Below, piece after piece: positions 50,295 through 55,362 of a stretch of 55,362 nt of DNA. The position numbers and the translations under genes were made by a program. Below the pieces are notes generated by a model. It was not told the DNA's origin and did no database searches. It saw only the letters and a list, made by a program, of their open reading frames with translations. Every line of letters begins with the position of its first letter. Position 1 is the first letter of the stretch. This DNA is from Octopus bimaculoides (lineage: Eukaryota): assembly GCF_001194135.2 (NCBI RefSeq), contig NC_068995.1, forward strand, positions 21,817,445 through 21,872,806, given 5' to 3'.

Positions 50295-52494
50295 ATAGTG
50301 CAGATCATGATCGTATGTGTGCATATTTGTTTCTGTTGGCTTGCGTAAGTGTGTATATGTGTGTTTGTGCCTAATCATATATTGTAGCTTAAAGTAGGAT
50401 GGCCAACGTTCGTAGCCGTTTCGGGGGATGTTGTCCTCACCCTGGAAAAGTGTGAAGATAATTCGTATTCTATGGATTGTTTTCTAAGTAAACTTCTTAT
50501 CAAAATGCGGTAAAATATTGTTCACGCATGCATACCTCTGGACCCAGGCTATTTTTTCAAAGCAGTGGGTAGTTCAAGTCTAGCTCACAGAAACTGGTGC
50601 AATGAACTAAAGCGGCATTTACATTAATTTCAGACAATGACTGAACGCACTGGCTCGAGGTGCAGAGCAGTTCGTTTGCACTCGGGATTTCATAAGTTTA
50701 AAACAAGCATTTTAAAGCACAAGCGTATCCAGTTTGTGTTTCAGAATGTACTAACTCAATTACTAAAATACAATGGCATTAAAGGTGAATGAATTATCAT
50801 ATATAAATGAGTTTCTACGTTTATAGACACACATAATGGAAACCGAAACGAGGAATGAAATAATATCAGTTTATTCCACGAAGTGTTTAAATATATTTTT
50901 ATATTCATATGATTATGTATGGGAACCAATATTTACACAGTTATAGACTCGGTCATCCATACCTATTGTCATGCAAACACATATTCATACAAATATGTAT
51001 GCCTGCATCTTGGAATCTATAACACTGTAAGTCGCTAACATATGCTTCAATGTTACATGCTTTTACTATCCTATCATTCATTCTTGTACATTTAATTATA
51101 TTTTAGCGATGCATCATTCGTTGTTTCTTTAATAGTATGATATATTAAAAGATAAGACCTGTGATTAATTGTTTTGGTATAACTGGAGAGACTAATTATG
51201 GGTTGAAAACAGAGAACTATAATGCTATGCGCTCATAGTTTGCAATATATAAGAATATCGGCGACACATGCACAGCGATTACACATTCTAGTATTTGTAG
51301 AAAGAGTAGTGATCTGAATAATCCGTATGGTATGTACAGTTTCATAGCTTAATCTAATACGTAGTGAGGCAATTTGAAAATATTCTGTATAGAAAAAGAA
51401 TCCAAAAATAATATACAAAATTATCTACTTAACATAACATGTTCCTAAGTACAAAAATATCGCTGTTTTAATACACAAGGGTGGTGGCGGATTTCTAAAT
51501 AACTATATATACCAATCTTTATATTCACGTTGTTGAGTCATTCTCCAAACCCGTAGTGACAAAGATATACAGTATTCTAATAGTTTCGTTGCTATTCCTA
51601 CCAGTCTGTGTAATACGGTCTCCGCTGACTGAATATTTAAAGACTTTTTAAAACAAGACTGTGTTTATAATGCCTCTTGAGAAGTACATTTCAGAAATGA
51701 ACTCTCAGAAAATAGGTAATACACAATATTTTATTTCATATTGACTTCCTCGTGGAATAGATTTATATTCCATGGTCCAGTATGTACTGAATTAGAAACC
51801 CATTCGCATAAACGTATAAGCGATTTAAAGAGAAGAGGCTGCGAATGATCTTAAGATATATATTCAGTAATATATTTGAAGGCGTGGCTTTAGACATAGT
51901 ACAGAATACAGCACGAATAAAATCGTTCGCATACACACCAATATTGTGAAATAATAATTTTGTATCATGCGAAATAAATAGCCTTCTTTGTTCTCACGAT
52001 CGCTAATGGTTTGTTACGAATTGTTTACTCGCAGATCAACCAGTACTGAGTCGACCTGAGCACAAAGGAGTAGCAAATATGACCATGGCAAATTTCCAAC
52101 TGGTATAATTTGCATTGCAGTTATTTTTTTTTAATTGAATAATGGGTAAATCTAAACACAGAGAGTAATTTGCAGAATATTTTCATTACTACAAAGCATC
52201 GGTGTCAAGGAAGTACTTACCAATAAGGAAAGCAGTAATTGTTTCAGCCACCTTAAAACCAACAGTTGAATTTTCTGTCTTTTTCGAAGAGGCTTAACCG
52301 AAATTTGCCTTGTCTCATAAAAATACATTTCACTGTTATTAAATCGCTGACAGATGCAATAAACATGACACACTGTAAACTATATATTTTGCTGCAGGTT
52401 TAAGAAGATATTAACACTAAATTTTGTTTTAAATTACAAACGACAATAACTAAAAAAGGAAGCAATCATGGCTTAGTTTAATTCAGTTTTATCA

Positions 52495-52700
52495 TTTATT
52501 TTTCTCAGTCATGATCAACGGCCATGATGGAGCACAGTTTTGAAGGGTTTACTAAAGGAACCCAAACCCAGAACTTCTTTTATTAAAGCCCGTTACTTAT
52601 TCTCTCTTCCTCACTTTGCCAAGCTACTAGGTTAAAGGGACGTAAATAAACACGGATTGTCAAGATGGCGGGAGTCTAACACAAACACAAATACATTCAC
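52495..52700 (-). mobile_element. SINE family 2-related 3' part, diverged
   Basis: tcagtcatgatcaacggccatgatggagcac...gctactaggttaaagggacgtaaataaacac resembles the reverse 3' part at 44720. Confidence 0.55.
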
Positions 52701-53642
52701 ATAGGAACGTACATAAATACATACATACGCACAAACACCTATTTACACATAAGAGTATATACAAATGCATATAAATATACACATATAAATACATACATAT
52801 TATACATATGTATAAACATATCTACAATCACGTTCGCTATACTAGGAAAATGACGTTGGCTGTATTTGAAGATGATATATCTATATTGATTAATAGAAAA
52901 AACAATGATTAATTCAGTGAAAGTTCGGTTAGGGATGCAGAGTACCTTTTGGCATTTAAGCTGGCCATATCTGGAAAATTATCTTACCTGTTTCACCTTC
53001 GAACCAGACAGATTTGTCCGGTTACACCAGCATTACGAGACACTACGAGAGAGTGCATCATAAATTCAATGCAACGTCAGTGTAATCTGAATGCTAAAAC
53101 TTTAAGACAAGATCCATTAGTTAAAATAACTTTATTGCCACTATCACATAGAAAACCAAACAATCTTTACGGCCTGTTCTACGCGTAAATAATATGGTTC
53201 ATATCTTTTATTCTGAATAGCTCATTACTATACGAAAATGTTATCTTCATCGTAATTATCTAATTAATACAATGTAAATTATGGTACGGTAAGGAACATT
53301 AAGTTTTCGAAAAATCAGATACAAGCTATTTACTAAAAATATAGCATGTAATTATTTACAGTTATGATTATGTCAATCCAGTATCGAGCTACATAAACTT
53401 TATCCACAAATTTATCTATCATTAGCGTCTTAAAATACATCGATGGTGGTATACAATACAGTGTCAATGAAATATGTACTTCATTGGCTGTTATACTAAT
53501 ATTCATCAATGACAAATTGGTATTTTCCTTGCTATTAACATTTGCTTCCATAGATAGTACATATTTTTAGCATGAACACTGGCATTATAAAACAAACTAT
53601 TTCAACAACTTTCAAATTATATTGACCTGTTATAAAATACAA

Positions 53643-53699
53643 ATTATTATTATTATTATTATTGTTATTATTGATGATGATGATGATGATGATGATGAT
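53643..53699 (+). repeat. Compound microsatellite (ATT)n(GAT)n at the 5' junction of the R4-like element
   Basis: Directly visible. Confidence 0.95.
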
Positions 53700-55049
53700 A
53701 AATATCATTAACAGGTTAATTACTGAAATACGTAATCTTCACAGAAAAATACGAAAATTGTTCACAATGCATAGAATGCACAACTCTAAGGCAGATATTG
53801 AACGATTTTACCTGCTCAGAAAAGTGGGTGGCCGTGGACTTTTACAACTGGAATTAACAATGAATATTGCCACATTTGGACTAGACACCTACCTGAAAAA
53901 CTCTGATAATCGGATGTTAAAACTTGTCTCACAGCATAAAAACAAGAAAGCACCCTACTCAATAACCAAATAGGCAAAGACATATCTAAGTGGATTCAAA
54001 ATACAACAAACTCCAGAATTAAACGTACTAGAACCAAGCATAGACAAAGCTAAGCGTATGAAAGCCCGTGCTAAAACTACTGTCTTAGTTATCCTTACTG
54101 ATAAATAGCAAGAAAAACCTCTCAATGGCATATACGCAAAGAGAGATAATACTGCCGGTGTTGACAAAGCTCTTACCCGTGAAAGGTTAGTTTCTTCTGG
54201 TTTAAAATAAGAAACAGAAGAGTTTATCATTGCTGTCCAAGATCAATGCCTACCTACAAGAAACTACCAGGCCAGTATATTAGGGAACGGTAGAAGCACA
54301 ACAAGATGAAACCATTGATCACGTTGTCTCCATGTGCAGCCTTCTTGTGCCTACAGAGTATCTCAACAGGCATGATTGAGGAGAACAATATATTCACTGG
54401 GTAATTTGCGAAAACCTGGACCTGCCCCATGATAAAAACTGGTGGGAACACAAACCACCTCCAGTGCTTGAAAATGATCACATTCATTCCTCTGGAACTT
54501 CACCATTCAAACTGACAGAAAGATAGATGCAAATAAAACAGACATCATTTTGAAAGACTTCAGACAAAAATCATGCCTCCTCGTTGATATGACTGCCCCA
54601 ATCAATATAAACGTATCTGTTAAGACCTACCAAAAACTGAGCAAATATAAAGATCTTGAATTAGAAATTAGCAAAATGTGGAATTTGAAGACTAAAACAA
54701 TACCTGGTGTCATTGGTTCCCTGGGAATGATAGAAAAAGTGGCTGATTTCTACCTAGCTCAGATACCAGGAAATCCCAAAATGGCAGAAATTCAAAAGGT
54801 AGTGCTCATGGGAACTGCCCATGGCCTACGCGAAATACTTTCTATATAATCTCATGTTTTAAAACAAACTCATAATTTTCTTATGGTTCCTTAAACATTC
54901 TGTAGAACAACACTATGTACAAAATCAAACATATGGCACCCTTGGCATAACAGCAACATGAACATCTAACTTGCTATCTCTTGAGATCTCTGGTTGAGAC
55001 ATGGAGCCAACTTGTACAAATGTAAAGCAAAAGTCAAACATAAATAGTG

Positions 55050-55050
<1 letters not shown>
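53700..55050 (+). mobile_element. 5'-truncated R4/Dong-clade non-LTR retrotransposon (post-RT region, decayed CCHC, RLE, 3' UTR)
   Basis: HNSKADIERFYLLRKVGGRGLLQLE; ETEEFIIAVQDQCLPTRNY; ETIDHVVSMC; LWNFTIQTDRKIDANKTDIILKD; DMTAP...KLSKYKDLELEISKMW...LMGTAHGLREILSI*. Several stops; followed by an (AAT)n tail. Confidence 0.9.
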
Positions 55051-55135
<85 letters not shown>

Positions 55136-55152
55136 AAGAAGAAGAAGAAGAA
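55051..55152 (+). repeat. (AAT)n(AAG)n compound tail
   Basis: Directly visible. Confidence 0.98.
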
Positions 55153-55362
55153 CCGGCAACAGAACCGGTGGAAGATTTGAAGGAAGCGGTGTTTTAACGA
55201 AGATAATTTTTTTTTTTTAATATTTTTTATTCTTAAAAAATGAAATTTCACTGCAATACAAACCACAGGTCCTCCTATGCACGATGTCTCAATGAAACAC
55301 GTGCGATCACACACGCAAAACCAACACCGGAAAGTTCACAAACTATATAAAAAAGAAATGGA

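Overview
AT-rich eukaryotic DNA that is almost entirely non-coding or intronic. The SINE families, very high microsatellite load and (TA)n-flanked N gaps suggest a cephalopod, probably Octopus, draft assembly (inference; no database search run). No intact protein-coding gene can be supported. The recognisable coding remnants are all decayed transposons: two R4/Dong-type RLE LINE 3' ends (1-450, 53700-55050), a Tx1-like LINE (about 1400-4200) with a nested mariner fragment, an RTE-like 3' end, a maT/DD37D element, a Chapaev3-like transposase remnant and an internally deleted Tigger/pogo element. There are also about 20 copies of three tRNA-derived SINE families. Most long ORFs in the supplied track are artefacts of microsatellites or N gaps. 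The most interesting signal is at 451-1075: three copies (+,-,+) of a 150-190 bp repeat, each carrying a minimal type I hammerhead ribozyme (Penelope pLTR/retrozyme-like). Each copy is fused at its 5' end to an (AAT/AAC)n tract, and the cluster abuts the (TAA)n tail of an R4/Dong element. Also notable are a 154-bp fold-back hairpin, (TA)n-centred palindromes, modular domain swapping among SINEs, and a few weak candidate exons of an unidentified host gene.
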